Source: Flavobacteriales bacterium (lineage in GTDB: Bacteria; Bacteroidota; Bacteroidia; UBA10329). Taken from it: a stretch of 30,437 bases of DNA. Shown piece after piece: positions 8,668 to 17,158 of this stretch. The notes beneath the pieces are model-generated. The model was given only the letters and a program-made list of their open reading frames with translations, was not told the DNA's origin and searched no databases. The stretch spans positions 1-30,437 of the forward strand of contig DMRV01000121.1 of assembly GCA_003456455.1 (NCBI GenBank). Direction: 5' to 3'. A program made the position numbers and the translations under genes. How positions within the stretch are numbered: position 1 is the first letter of the stretch; each line of letters opens with the position of its first letter.

Positions 8668-8675
8668 CAAAGTAA
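8668..8675 (-). promoter_or_regulatory. Possible variant -7 element for the CBS-led operon
   Basis: Minus strand reads TTACTTTG(CA), one mismatch to TAnnTTTG, 16 bp upstream of ATG 8651. Confidence 0.3.
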
Positions 8676-8742
8676 ACGCAAACATGTACTGTTTTGTTAT
8701 TGCTTACTGCAAGTAGCTAACATCAATTTGTTTGCCGAAGTC

Positions 8743-8750
8743 TACTTTTG
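8743..8750 (+). promoter_or_regulatory. Bacteroidota -7 element (TAnnTTTG) for pdxJ
   Basis: TACTTTTG, 27 bp upstream of ATG 8778. Confidence 0.6.
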
Positions 8751-8777
8751 GCAACAATTAAGTTTCAATACCAAAGA

Positions 8778-9497
8778 ATGAACAACACCAAACTGAGTGT
8801 AAATATTAATAAGATCGCTACTCTGCGAAATAGTAGAGGCGGTGCCAATCCTAGTGTGGTTGAAGCAGCAGTTAAGGCGCAGCAATTTGGAGCTGACGGC
8901 ATTACCATTCATCCACGGCCGGATGAGCGACATATTCGTTACCAGGATGTTTACGATCTAAAACCCGTGGTAGATACTGAGTTCAATATTGAAGGTTATC
9001 CGAACGAAAAGTTCATGGAAATTGTGTTAGAAGTGAAGCCCACGCAAGCAACCTTGGTTCCTGACCCACCAGGGGTTTTGACTTCAAACGCTGGTTGGAA
9101 TACGATTGAGCATCAAGCATTTTTGAAGGGTGTCATTGATCGGTTGAAGAATGCCGGAATTAGAACTTCCATCTTTATTGAAACCGATGAAAAAATGATT
9201 CGTGCGGCCAAAGAAACTGGCGCAGACAGAGTTGAGCTTTACACGGAGAGTTATGCGGTTAGTTTTCCTTCAGACAAGGAAAAGGCCGTAGCCCCTTTTG
9301 TAAAAGCGGCAAAAGTGGCGCATGAAGTTGGTTTAGGGATTAACGCTGGTCACGATCTAAGTTTGGAAAACCTAACTTATTTCAATCAGAACATTCCAAA
9401 CCTGTTGGAGGTTAGCATTGGGCACGCACTCATTTCGGATGCGCTTTATTTGGGAATGAGCAACGCGGTGAAAATGTATAAGAACTGTTTACGGTGA
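8778..9497 (+). CDS. pdxJ: Pyridoxine 5'-phosphate synthase
   Basis: 'KLSVNINKIATLRNSRG', 'GITIHPRPDERHIR', 'FNIEGYP', 'GADRVELYTE', 'NAGHDL', 'EVSIGHALI'. Confidence 0.97.
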   Translation: MNNTKLSVNINKIATLRNSRGGANPSVVEAAVKAQQFGADGITIHPRPDERHIRYQDVYDLKPVVDTEFNIEGYPNEKFMEIVLEVKPTQATLVPDPPGVLTSNAGWNTIEHQAFLKGVIDRLKNAGIRTSIFIETDEKMIRAAKETGADRVELYTESYAVSFPSDKEKAVAPFVKAAKVAHEVGLGINAGHDLSLENLTYFNQNIPNLLEVSIGHALISDALYLGMSNAVKMYKNCLR

Positions 9498-10261
9498 AAT
9501 TGAACTTTAAAGAATTTGGCGAGGGGAAACCCTTGGTTATCCTTCATGGGCTTTTCGGGTCGTTAGATAATTGGTTTTCGCTTTCGAAGGCCTTTGCCGA
9601 TAAGCATCACGTTTATCTGGTTGATCAGCGAAACCATGGTCAATCACCTCATTGCGATTCTCATACTTATGAGGAAATGGCTGATGATTTATTCGAGTTT
9701 TTTCAGGAACACAAACTGGAAGATGCTATGCTTATTGGGCATTCTATGGGTGGGAAAACGGCCATGCTTTTTGCCTCTGAGCATCCAGAGTTACTGTCTA
9801 AATTGATTGTGGTTGATATGGGTATAAAACAATACCCTGTTCATCACGATTTAATAATCAGATCTATGCAGGCGTTGGATTTAGACGCCATGAAAAGCAG
9901 AAAAGAAGCCGAAGAATCTCTGAGTCACTTGTTGGATGAAGATGAGAGCACCATTCAGTTTCTTCTTAAAAACATCTACAGACAAAAACAGGAGGATGGT
10001 TCATCAAAGTATGCTTGGCGATTTAACTTAGACGTAATTGCTGATGATATTGAGGAAATGGGACTGCTAATTTCTGAAGGCGCTGAAATTGAAACGCTGT
10101 TTCTCCACGGAACACAATCAAAATATGTTTTGGAAGATGACAAAGCTGAAATTTTGGAGCTGTTTCCAAACTCGATTTTCAAGTCGCTACAAACCGGCCA
10201 CTGGGTTCATGCGCAAGATCCAAAAGGATTTGTTGAAGAGGTGAAAGCCTTTATTGATTGA
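9494..10261 (+). CDS. Alpha/beta-fold hydrolase (YbfF/ABHD11-like esterase)
   Basis: 'LHGLFGSLDNW', 'DQRNHGQS', nucleophile elbow 'GHSMGGK', catalytic His 'GHWVHA'. GTG start overlaps the pdxJ stop (GTGA). Confidence 0.92.
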   Translation: MKLNFKEFGEGKPLVILHGLFGSLDNWFSLSKAFADKHHVYLVDQRNHGQSPHCDSHTYEEMADDLFEFFQEHKLEDAMLIGHSMGGKTAMLFASEHPELLSKLIVVDMGIKQYPVHHDLIIRSMQALDLDAMKSRKEAEESLSHLLDEDESTIQFLLKNIYRQKQEDGSSKYAWRFNLDVIADDIEEMGLLISEGAEIETLFLHGTQSKYVLEDDKAEILELFPNSIFKSLQTGHWVHAQDPKGFVEEVKAFID

Positions 10262-10264
10262 AAC

Positions 10265-10297
10265 AAAAAAGCCGCTGATTTCTCAATCAGCGGCTTT
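10265..10297. terminator. Bidirectional intrinsic terminator between convergent esterase and endonuclease genes
   Basis: Perfect 13-bp stem AAAGCCGCTGATT (10268-10280) / loop TCTC / AATCAGCGGCTTT (10285-10297). The A-run at 10265-10270 gives a U-tract on the minus strand; the plus-strand tail is shorter. Confidence 0.9.
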
Positions 10298-10321
10298 CCA
10301 AAACTCAACTTTTTGCCTTTC

Positions 10322-12541
10322 CTATTGAAGAACAACTTTCAGCGTAGTTCTCCCTTTTTCACCACTCAAAACCATGTGGTAAACTCCAGCATCAAGATTT
10401 GAGAAATCAAAGTTTTGTCTAGAAAGGCCAGCGTTAAAGTTGTTAGACTGAACTGAAACTTGACGACCCGAAATATCCATTAATTCAATTGTCAATTCTT
10501 GCTTTTCAATCAAGTTCAGATTAAGACTAACCTCACCGTTTGAAGGGTTTGGAGAAACTGAAAAATCTCCAGCCAATTGCTCTTCAATTCCTTCTGGCTC
10601 TGTTGTAGAACAAGGAACCGTAGGATTTGATATGTATGAAAGGTCATCAAAGTTGATATAGCAAACCCAATGGGTACTATCAACAAATGGATTTCTATTG
10701 CCTTGCTCACTTTCAATAAAATCGTTTCGAGCAATTTCCCAAGCATCTGGCGGATCTTGTAGGTGCCATTGCTTTAAAACATCCTGATCCTGACCATACT
10801 GAACGATAAAATCTATTGGATTAGGAAGTTCCCAACTCCCACTTGTTCCATTCCACTTTGTGGCCATGTAAAATATAGCTCTAGCCGCATCACCTTTATG
10901 CTGATCACGCGGTTCGTAAACTCGCTGACCATCGGCATTGTCTCCGTACTGCGCATCTAAAAATGAACTGGCTGGCGTAACAACTTCGCCTAGCGGACGG
11001 TTACTTCTTACAGCATTTGCATTGTCTTGGTGTGTTGGAAAAAGGTTGTGCATATCCGAGTACTCGTCTCCATCTTGATCTGGAAAAGCTGGCATCCAAC
11101 TATGTGGCCAAGAATGCTCTCTACTTAATACATCATAGAAAAATGCACCTAAATACATATGCTGGTATCCTGAGTAAACACCTGTAACCACTTTTTGCCC
11201 GTCTGTTGTATCTCGCGAAGCAAATTTGTTAATCATAATTGGCGCGTAATTGCTGTAGAATATTTGGTCGTACCCTTGGCTAATTCGCGTCTGCAAATCA
11301 GAAATAAAGCTGGTTTGATTAGGGTCAATTCCATCGTAATAGTTACCCATCATGGTTTCCGGTGTAGTAACAGAACCATCAAGTGGAGCGCTGGTATAAT
11401 AATTTTCGTACCCGGCTGGGCCATTGAAGGAGTAGGCAGCGAAATAATAGGTGGTATTAGCCACATTATAAGTTGGTTTAAACGAACCGGCTGGGCCAAC
11501 ATGAACAACCTGCGTAAATGCATCGATATAGTCACCTTTAACATAGGTTGAACCGTCCATGGGCTGATTAAGGAATTGATTCTCGATTCCTCTAATTACA
11601 ATGTAGTTTTCAGGAACCACGGTTGCATCATCAAAACTTACCTCATAACCATATGTGGTTACGTCTGTAATCTGGAGGTTAGCTGGGCCTTCTGATGGCT
11701 CCGTAGCATAATCTCCCCCAATCCCGTATAGGTTTATAACAAACGTTGTTTCATCTCCATTTGCATCATCATTCTCAATTGTAAGCGTTGCAAAACGAGA
11801 ACCCATCGCTCCAGCAGTAAACGTCAAATCAAACTGTTCAACAGCAGTTGCACCAACTGTTGTTGGGGTTGTTCCGAGCGAAAAATCGGCTGCATTTATA
11901 CCGCTTAAACTGATGTTGCTAATGGTTAAATCCGTTCCACCCAAAAGGTTTACGTTTTCGATACTGATAACGGTAGATGTGTTATTACCAACAACAAAAG
12001 TTCCGTTGTTTACAATTGGCGTAACACCACTGCTTACTCCAATTTCTTGAGCGTTTGTAGGAATTTGAGAAATTAAAGTAATCTCATCGAGCCCAACATT
12101 TCTACCGCTTTGCTTTTCAGTAAAATACCATCTGATGTAACGGGTAGTAGCTAAAGGGATATCGGTAAACTCAGTCCAAGCCGAGGCCGCGTCAAGATCT
12201 GCTTCTTCAAACAATCTAAGCGTTGTCCAGTCTGTTCCGTTTGCACTTTCTTGAACTGTGAAAACATCATTACTAGCAGAGCTTTGACCAATAAAATCGT
12301 ACGTAACTCCACCACATACATCGCTAAAATGAACTACAACATATTCATCATCTCCGTCTAGTTTGCAGGCAGCTCCTACAGAACCATTGGTGTATCGTGT
12401 GTTACCAGGATTGTTAGAAAGCTCCTCTGTCCAACCAACAGGTTGCGGATCATCAAAATTCCAAGATGCTGGTAAACTCGTTTGACCAAAAGTGGTTGTG
12501 GCCAAAATGGCCGAAGCCAAAAGTGTTGTTATTTTTTTCAT
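10322..12541 (-). CDS. T9SS-secreted endonuclease I (EndA/Vvn-like His-Me finger) with N-terminal beta-sandwich, Ig-like and FN3-like domains, about 739 aa
   Basis: Signal peptide TTFG|Q from ATG 12541. Nuclease motifs 'SREHSWPHSW', 'SDMHNLFPT...NAVRSNRPLG', 'YEPRDQHKGDAARAIFYM', 'RNDFIESEQGNRNPFVD'. Type-A CTD 'VSPNPSNG...MDISGRQV...LDAGVY...KVVLQ'. Confidence 0.88.
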   Translation of the reverse strand: MKKITTLLASAILATTTFGQTSLPASWNFDDPQPVGWTEELSNNPGNTRYTNGSVGAACKLDGDDEYVVVHFSDVCGGVTYDFIGQSSASNDVFTVQESANGTDWTTLRLFEEADLDAASAWTEFTDIPLATTRYIRWYFTEKQSGRNVGLDEITLISQIPTNAQEIGVSSGVTPIVNNGTFVVGNNTSTVISIENVNLLGGTDLTISNISLSGINAADFSLGTTPTTVGATAVEQFDLTFTAGAMGSRFATLTIENDDANGDETTFVINLYGIGGDYATEPSEGPANLQITDVTTYGYEVSFDDATVVPENYIVIRGIENQFLNQPMDGSTYVKGDYIDAFTQVVHVGPAGSFKPTYNVANTTYYFAAYSFNGPAGYENYYTSAPLDGSVTTPETMMGNYYDGIDPNQTSFISDLQTRISQGYDQIFYSNYAPIMINKFASRDTTDGQKVVTGVYSGYQHMYLGAFFYDVLSREHSWPHSWMPAFPDQDGDEYSDMHNLFPTHQDNANAVRSNRPLGEVVTPASSFLDAQYGDNADGQRVYEPRDQHKGDAARAIFYMATKWNGTSGSWELPNPIDFIVQYGQDQDVLKQWHLQDPPDAWEIARNDFIESEQGNRNPFVDSTHWVCYINFDDLSYISNPTVPCSTTEPEGIEEQLAGDFSVSPNPSNGEVSLNLNLIEKQELTIELMDISGRQVSVQSNNFNAGLSRQNFDFSNLDAGVYHMVLSGEKGRTTLKVVLQ

Positions 12542-12552
12542 TGAGTGTGTTT

Positions 12553-15360
12553 TCAAAATTTTACGCCAACAGTAGCTGTCCATCTTCGGCCTTGTCCCAT
12601 AAAAACCTTTGCGCCTGTAGCGTCAAACGTTTGAGAACTGGTGGCGTTGTTCTGAGCATCTGAGATATAAACATGGTCTGTTACGTTAAGGACGGATACT
12701 CGTAGACTGACGTCCATTTTTTTAAGCTTAATTGTCCAGCCTGCATGGATGTCAAACAGATAGTAGGCGGGAATTTTCCACGATTCCCGACCTCTGTTTT
12801 CTCCTTGAAGATCGAGCGGGTTAAAATTCGCATAGTAGTTATCGAAATAGGTGATTTGCGCTTTGAGATAAACGTCCTTTAGTGTAAGCCACTTTTTAAT
12901 ATAAAGGTCCTTGATTGGTTTAATCTTGATGCTTCCTGCTACCTGAAACTGCGCTGCATCTCCAACATGCACACCATCCGCTTCAACATCCACGCTATCA
13001 ATCGGAACATCACTTCCTTCTTGATAGTAATACGCTAACGAATTTCCTTTCCACCTCCAATCTCCGTAAGAAACAAGTCCTTCAATATCGAAGTACCAAG
13101 GTGTTTTATACGCTCCATCCAACTCAATTCCACGATGGGTAGAACCAATGTTAGGAATAGAAATTGTGGTTGGTGTTCCTCCAATGCTAACGCTTGTGGT
13201 AATAGGTCTGTTTTCCCAAACCGTGTTGTATAAATTCAGATTTGCCGCCCAGCGAGGATAACTAATTGAATAACCCAATTCCACACCCCAAGAAACTTCA
13301 CTTTTAACCCCCTGAACGAAATTGAAAGATGTGCCAGCGTATACATCTGAAATCGTTGGCGGACGTAAGAACATCCCACCGTTCACAAACACATTCATAT
13401 GGTCGTTAATATTAAAGTTCAAGCCAGCTTTAGCCGTTGCTCCCCAATAGTGAACCCAATCTGTTGTGGCCGTCTTTGCTTCTGTGCTAGCAGCCGTGTA
13501 TTGGGTCCCATTATATGTAATTGTATCATTGGCGCCCAACGATTGACGCATTGTCGTATCAGAAAGCACCAAATCGCGCTTACGGTATTGGTCTTTTCTG
13601 ATGTAAGAATTGTGCCCACCAGAAACGCTTACAAAACCCGAAAACTTGTCCTTCTTGTATTCAACCTGGCCGAAAACACCCCCCGTGTACACGGATGTAT
13701 TTGCCCGATAGCCAGCCACATCACCAATGCGTTTGACATTGTCACGGGCGAGAGTGGACGAATTGAAGAGGTTCTCTGGTTCGCTTGTCGGAAAAATCAC
13801 CGCATAATTCCCCCCAAGCAGGTCGTATGGCGTGCTATACCTCTCAACCCAGTACGAGCGAAAGTCAATACCTACCGACATTTCCCATGTATCATTGAAC
13901 CGATGGTTGATTGTAGATATGAGGCCGTACCAATAGTGATTATTCATGTTAGCCTGTATATAATTTTCAGATTTATACTGGCTAGTATCATTGACAGCAA
14001 TAGTATCGTAAGCCTGAACGAACGGTGTACCCGAGATGTTCTGCTCATAAAGACTATCAACATCTAGTTGGCCGAAAGGATCGTATTCTGTATTTCCTCG
14101 AAGACGCGTTCCTCCGCCATTCCCAAATGAACCATAAATAACGTTGGACACCGCCCATTTATCCTTAGCCCAAAAGTGCTTCAGATTAAAAATGGGTTTG
14201 TGGTAGAAGTTTTCGGCAACACTTTGAGCTTCACTCTGTGCATTTGGGTTATTCCTGTCACGAATAACGTATCCCCACTGACCATTATATCTTCTCCCAT
14301 AATTACCCTGCAAACCGGCAGCCATATTCTCGGTAACAGATTCGTCACTTAAATTAACCCCCACCTTTTCAGCGTAAGCCCTATCGAACATGTAAATTTC
14401 TTGCTTATAACTGCGCTGCTGACGTTTTTGAGGCGCGCCCATTCCTGTAATACTGATGGTGTGATTCTTGATTTGCTTTTGAAGTTTTAGGAAGTAAAAA
14501 AAACGATTGGCTCCAGTGCTTTCTACCCAGCCTTCTTGATGGTCATATGCAAACGCGGCAGTTACGCCCCACCCATTTTTCAATCGGCCAGAATTATAGC
14601 TAATGTTCGTCCTAATAAGATTGTTATTACCAACAGTAACCGCAACTTCCGTTTGTTGTTTGGAACTAATTCCAGCCGTCAAAATATTCATGCTACCACC
14701 AACCGCAGGAATAGCCAATTTGCTTGCTCCCAAACCTCGTTGCACCTGAATCCGCTGTGTTACACCATCCAACCCAAACCAGTTACTCCAATACACCTGA
14801 CCGTTTTCCATATCATTCATCGGAACCCCATCAATTTGAACAGAAATATTACGTTGTGAAAATCCTCGTATGGTTACGCGCGCGTCTCCTGCACCTCCTC
14901 CTTGCTGCGTAGCATACACACCAGGCGTTGAGTTCAACAACATGGGGATGTCCTGAGAAGAGAGTTCCTCCTTGATTTTTGCAGGCTCTATATTGGAAAA
15001 GGCCACCGGGGTTTCACGATCGATTGCCATGTCTGCAACAACCCTTACCTCATTAAGTGTCTTTGTTTGCAGAGCAAAGTTTACCTCTAACTGACCTCCT
15101 CTTGTTTTAATTTCCCGCGTTGTTGCCTCATACCCTATGTATGAAATTTGCATGGTGTAAGAGCCGTTTTCAACCTCAATTGAGTACCTACCATCAAAGT
15201 CGGTTACAACCCCTCTACCTTCTGCTACCAATACGTTTGCAGAAATGAGCGTTTCACCAGAACTGGCATCTTTCACAACACCATAAACACGTGTTTTTTG
15301 TGCCTGCGATACTGTTACGGTAATCAATACCGTTAAAAAAGTGAAGAGAAAGCGATACAT
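12553..15360 (-). CDS. TonB-dependent receptor with N-terminal carboxypeptidase-regulatory-like domain, about 935 aa
   Basis: Signal peptide SQA|Q; 'VYGVVKDASSGETLISANV...GVVTDFDGRYSI' N-domain; TonB-box-like 'LNEVRVVA'; plug 'LLNSTPGVYA...IRGFSQRNISVQIDGVPMND'; terminal 'NVTDHVY...GQGRRWTATVGVKF'. Confidence 0.93.
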   Translation of the reverse strand: MYRFLFTFLTVLITVTVSQAQKTRVYGVVKDASSGETLISANVLVAEGRGVVTDFDGRYSIEVENGSYTMQISYIGYEATTREIKTRGGQLEVNFALQTKTLNEVRVVADMAIDRETPVAFSNIEPAKIKEELSSQDIPMLLNSTPGVYATQQGGGAGDARVTIRGFSQRNISVQIDGVPMNDMENGQVYWSNWFGLDGVTQRIQVQRGLGASKLAIPAVGGSMNILTAGISSKQQTEVAVTVGNNNLIRTNISYNSGRLKNGWGVTAAFAYDHQEGWVESTGANRFFYFLKLQKQIKNHTISITGMGAPQKRQQRSYKQEIYMFDRAYAEKVGVNLSDESVTENMAAGLQGNYGRRYNGQWGYVIRDRNNPNAQSEAQSVAENFYHKPIFNLKHFWAKDKWAVSNVIYGSFGNGGGTRLRGNTEYDPFGQLDVDSLYEQNISGTPFVQAYDTIAVNDTSQYKSENYIQANMNNHYWYGLISTINHRFNDTWEMSVGIDFRSYWVERYSTPYDLLGGNYAVIFPTSEPENLFNSSTLARDNVKRIGDVAGYRANTSVYTGGVFGQVEYKKDKFSGFVSVSGGHNSYIRKDQYRKRDLVLSDTTMRQSLGANDTITYNGTQYTAASTEAKTATTDWVHYWGATAKAGLNFNINDHMNVFVNGGMFLRPPTISDVYAGTSFNFVQGVKSEVSWGVELGYSISYPRWAANLNLYNTVWENRPITTSVSIGGTPTTISIPNIGSTHRGIELDGAYKTPWYFDIEGLVSYGDWRWKGNSLAYYYQEGSDVPIDSVDVEADGVHVGDAAQFQVAGSIKIKPIKDLYIKKWLTLKDVYLKAQITYFDNYYANFNPLDLQGENRGRESWKIPAYYLFDIHAGWTIKLKKMDVSLRVSVLNVTDHVYISDAQNNATSSQTFDATGAKVFMGQGRRWTATVGVKF

Positions 15361-15372
15361 CAAGCTTTAGGC

Positions 15373-16278
15373 TTATTGGCCTAGCATTACTTTTCGAGAA
15401 AGGATTGCTCCGTTGCTCATAGTAACCCGCACAACATAAACTCCTGTTCTGAGATGTTCTAAATTGTAACGCTGTGTGGTTGCTCCGTAAGCAAAATTCA
15501 CACGGTCTTTCTCTTGTCCGATAATATTAAATACCTGAATAGACTCCATTTCCACAGATGTAGAAATCATTAACTGTTTATCTGCAGCAGGATTTGGAAA
15601 CATATTCATCTTGGCTGTTTCTGCATCATTTACTCCAACAGAAGCACAGTCACAATTGTGCCATCCAAGCTCTGTAAATGTATCTTCCGGTAGGCTGTCC
15701 CACTCTGCCTCTACAACAAATGCCACAGGGTTTATTGTAACACCACTTAATACTCCTGGCTTTCTGATTAACGTTTTATCTGTTGTCCACCAGGTTCCAT
15801 TTGCATCTGCCCAAGCAGTACCAGGATCTTCTCCAATTCTACCAACAAGATCAACGATAGTTGTGCCGTCTCCTTTAATAAGTGGCACCGCATCGTCTCC
15901 ATTAAAATAGAACGGAGAGTTAGCCTGCACGTATACTGGATTTACAAACGTATCAGCCACGGCTTGAATTGCTAGGTCTACCTGCTCTTCAAAACCAGTT
16001 CCGTTAGGGTCACGTTTATCAATTGCAATTACATAAGTTCCGAATGCTGGGATAGTTCCTGCTAAATCAAGCAACATTGGTGTTCCAGAACCATCACGAA
16101 ACCTTCCAACCTTATAACCGAACAGGTCTACGGCTGCATCCGTTGGGTTGTAAATTTCCAAAGCACGGTTGTTTCCCGAACCAACCACATATTCTGAGAT
16201 AAATAAATCATCACAGTCTTGTGCCTGAATGCTGAAAGATGTGATTACTGATAGTGTAAGAAGTAAAAGTCTTTTCAT
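15373..16278 (-). CDS. Lamin-tail-domain (LTD) protein with T9SS type-A CTD and no recognisable catalytic domain, about 301 aa
   Basis: Signal peptide SIQA|Q from ATG 16278; LTD signature 'LFISEYVVGSGNNRALEIYNPT...VDL', 'FNGDDAV.L'; CTD 'MFPNPA...VFNIIGQ...LRTGVYVVRV...RKVMLGQ'. Confidence 0.85.
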   Translation of the reverse strand: MKRLLLLTLSVITSFSIQAQDCDDLFISEYVVGSGNNRALEIYNPTDAAVDLFGYKVGRFRDGSGTPMLLDLAGTIPAFGTYVIAIDKRDPNGTGFEEQVDLAIQAVADTFVNPVYVQANSPFYFNGDDAVPLIKGDGTTIVDLVGRIGEDPGTAWADANGTWWTTDKTLIRKPGVLSGVTINPVAFVVEAEWDSLPEDTFTELGWHNCDCASVGVNDAETAKMNMFPNPAADKQLMISTSVEMESIQVFNIIGQEKDRVNFAYGATTQRYNLEHLRTGVYVVRVTMSNGAILSRKVMLGQ

Positions 16279-16300
16279 GTTGTAAGTGCTGATTAAGATA

Positions 16301-16330
16301 CAAAGGTAGATTATCTCTTTAACCATCAAA
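16301..16330 (-). promoter_or_regulatory. Bacteroidota promoter (-33 TTTG / -7 TAnnTTTG) for the LTD-TBDR-endonuclease operon
   Basis: Minus strand: TTTG at 16330-16327, an 18-bp spacer, then TACCTTTG at 16308-16301, 22 bp upstream of ATG 16278. Confidence 0.7.
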
Positions 16331-16507
16331 GGTCTTGTTGCTGCCAAATAAGAGTTTTATCTTTTGTTTTAGAATAGATGATAATGTGGGGTTCTCCACA
16401 TCTGTATGGTGAATACTTTAAACGCTACACACTTGACCGTCTTAATACATTAGATAATATCGCTTTGGCATTCTCGTTTTAACCAGTCTAACCAAATTAC
16501 AGACGTG

Positions 16508-17152
16508 ATGAAAAAGCTAATGATAATGATGCTTCTTGGATTTGCCATGACCACCACCAAGGCGCAAGACAAGGGAGGGTCCAAACCCGTCAAATTCAGT
16601 AACATCACTGAAGCTACAGTTGGGTTTCATATTGGGAAGACCACCAGGCTTTCTGAAGTTGGGGGTAACGAAACTGAATTTAAGGTTGCTGGTTATGAAA
16701 TTCCATCTCCTCGTGTTTCTAGTTCCTTTGGGGCGTTTATCGGACAGCGATTTTTTATCGGCCCAGGGTTCAGTTATATGTATCAATCGAAGGACGACAG
16801 CAACCCAACGCAACACCACATTGGTGTTTTCGGACACGCCCGTTTACAATTGTTCAAGGGACTATTACGTCCGTATTTAGAATTAAAAGGAGGCTATAAC
16901 CACATTTTACCTGAAGGAAATGCTGGTGTTTTCTCACAGGAAACATACACTTGGGACGGGGCTTTTGCGGAACCAGCTCTAGGTCTTGGTATAAAATTGG
17001 GAGGACATGCCCAACTAAACGTTTCGCTGGGCTATCAGTTTCTTAATGTTTGGAATCGGGCAGAAGGTATTACAAGTGCTGATGCCTTCGGACCAGAATT
17101 GAAAGATGCTTACCACCGATTGCTACTGATCGTTGGATTCAGCTTTTTCTAA
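16508..17152 (+). CDS. Small outer-membrane beta-barrel protein (OMP_b-brl/porin-like), function unknown
   Basis: Signal peptide TTKA|Q; amphipathic strands such as 'RPYLELKGGY', 'FAEPALGLGIKL', 'LNVSLGYQF'; C-terminal aromatic beta-signal 'IVGFSFF'. Confidence 0.75.
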   Translation: MKKLMIMMLLGFAMTTTKAQDKGGSKPVKFSNITEATVGFHIGKTTRLSEVGGNETEFKVAGYEIPSPRVSSSFGAFIGQRFFIGPGFSYMYQSKDDSNPTQHHIGVFGHARLQLFKGLLRPYLELKGGYNHILPEGNAGVFSQETYTWDGAFAEPALGLGIKLGGHAQLNVSLGYQFLNVWNRAEGITSADAFGPELKDAYHRLLLIVGFSFF

Positions 17153-17158
17153 GCTAGG

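Noticed and set aside
12542-12583. Apparent overlap of the nuclease ORF with the TBDR 3' end
   Set aside because: Artefact of longest-ORF calling; the signal peptide starts at ATG 12541, leaving an 11-bp gap.
13399-14067. 222-aa plus-strand ORF
   Set aside because: Lies wholly antisense to the TonB-dependent receptor with no recognisable motifs; a shadow ORF.
16279-16500. Riboswitch (TPP/cobalamin) upstream of the TBDR-containing operon
   Set aside because: The promoter is only 22 bp from the first ATG, leaving no room for a leader, and no TPP or B12-box consensus was seen.
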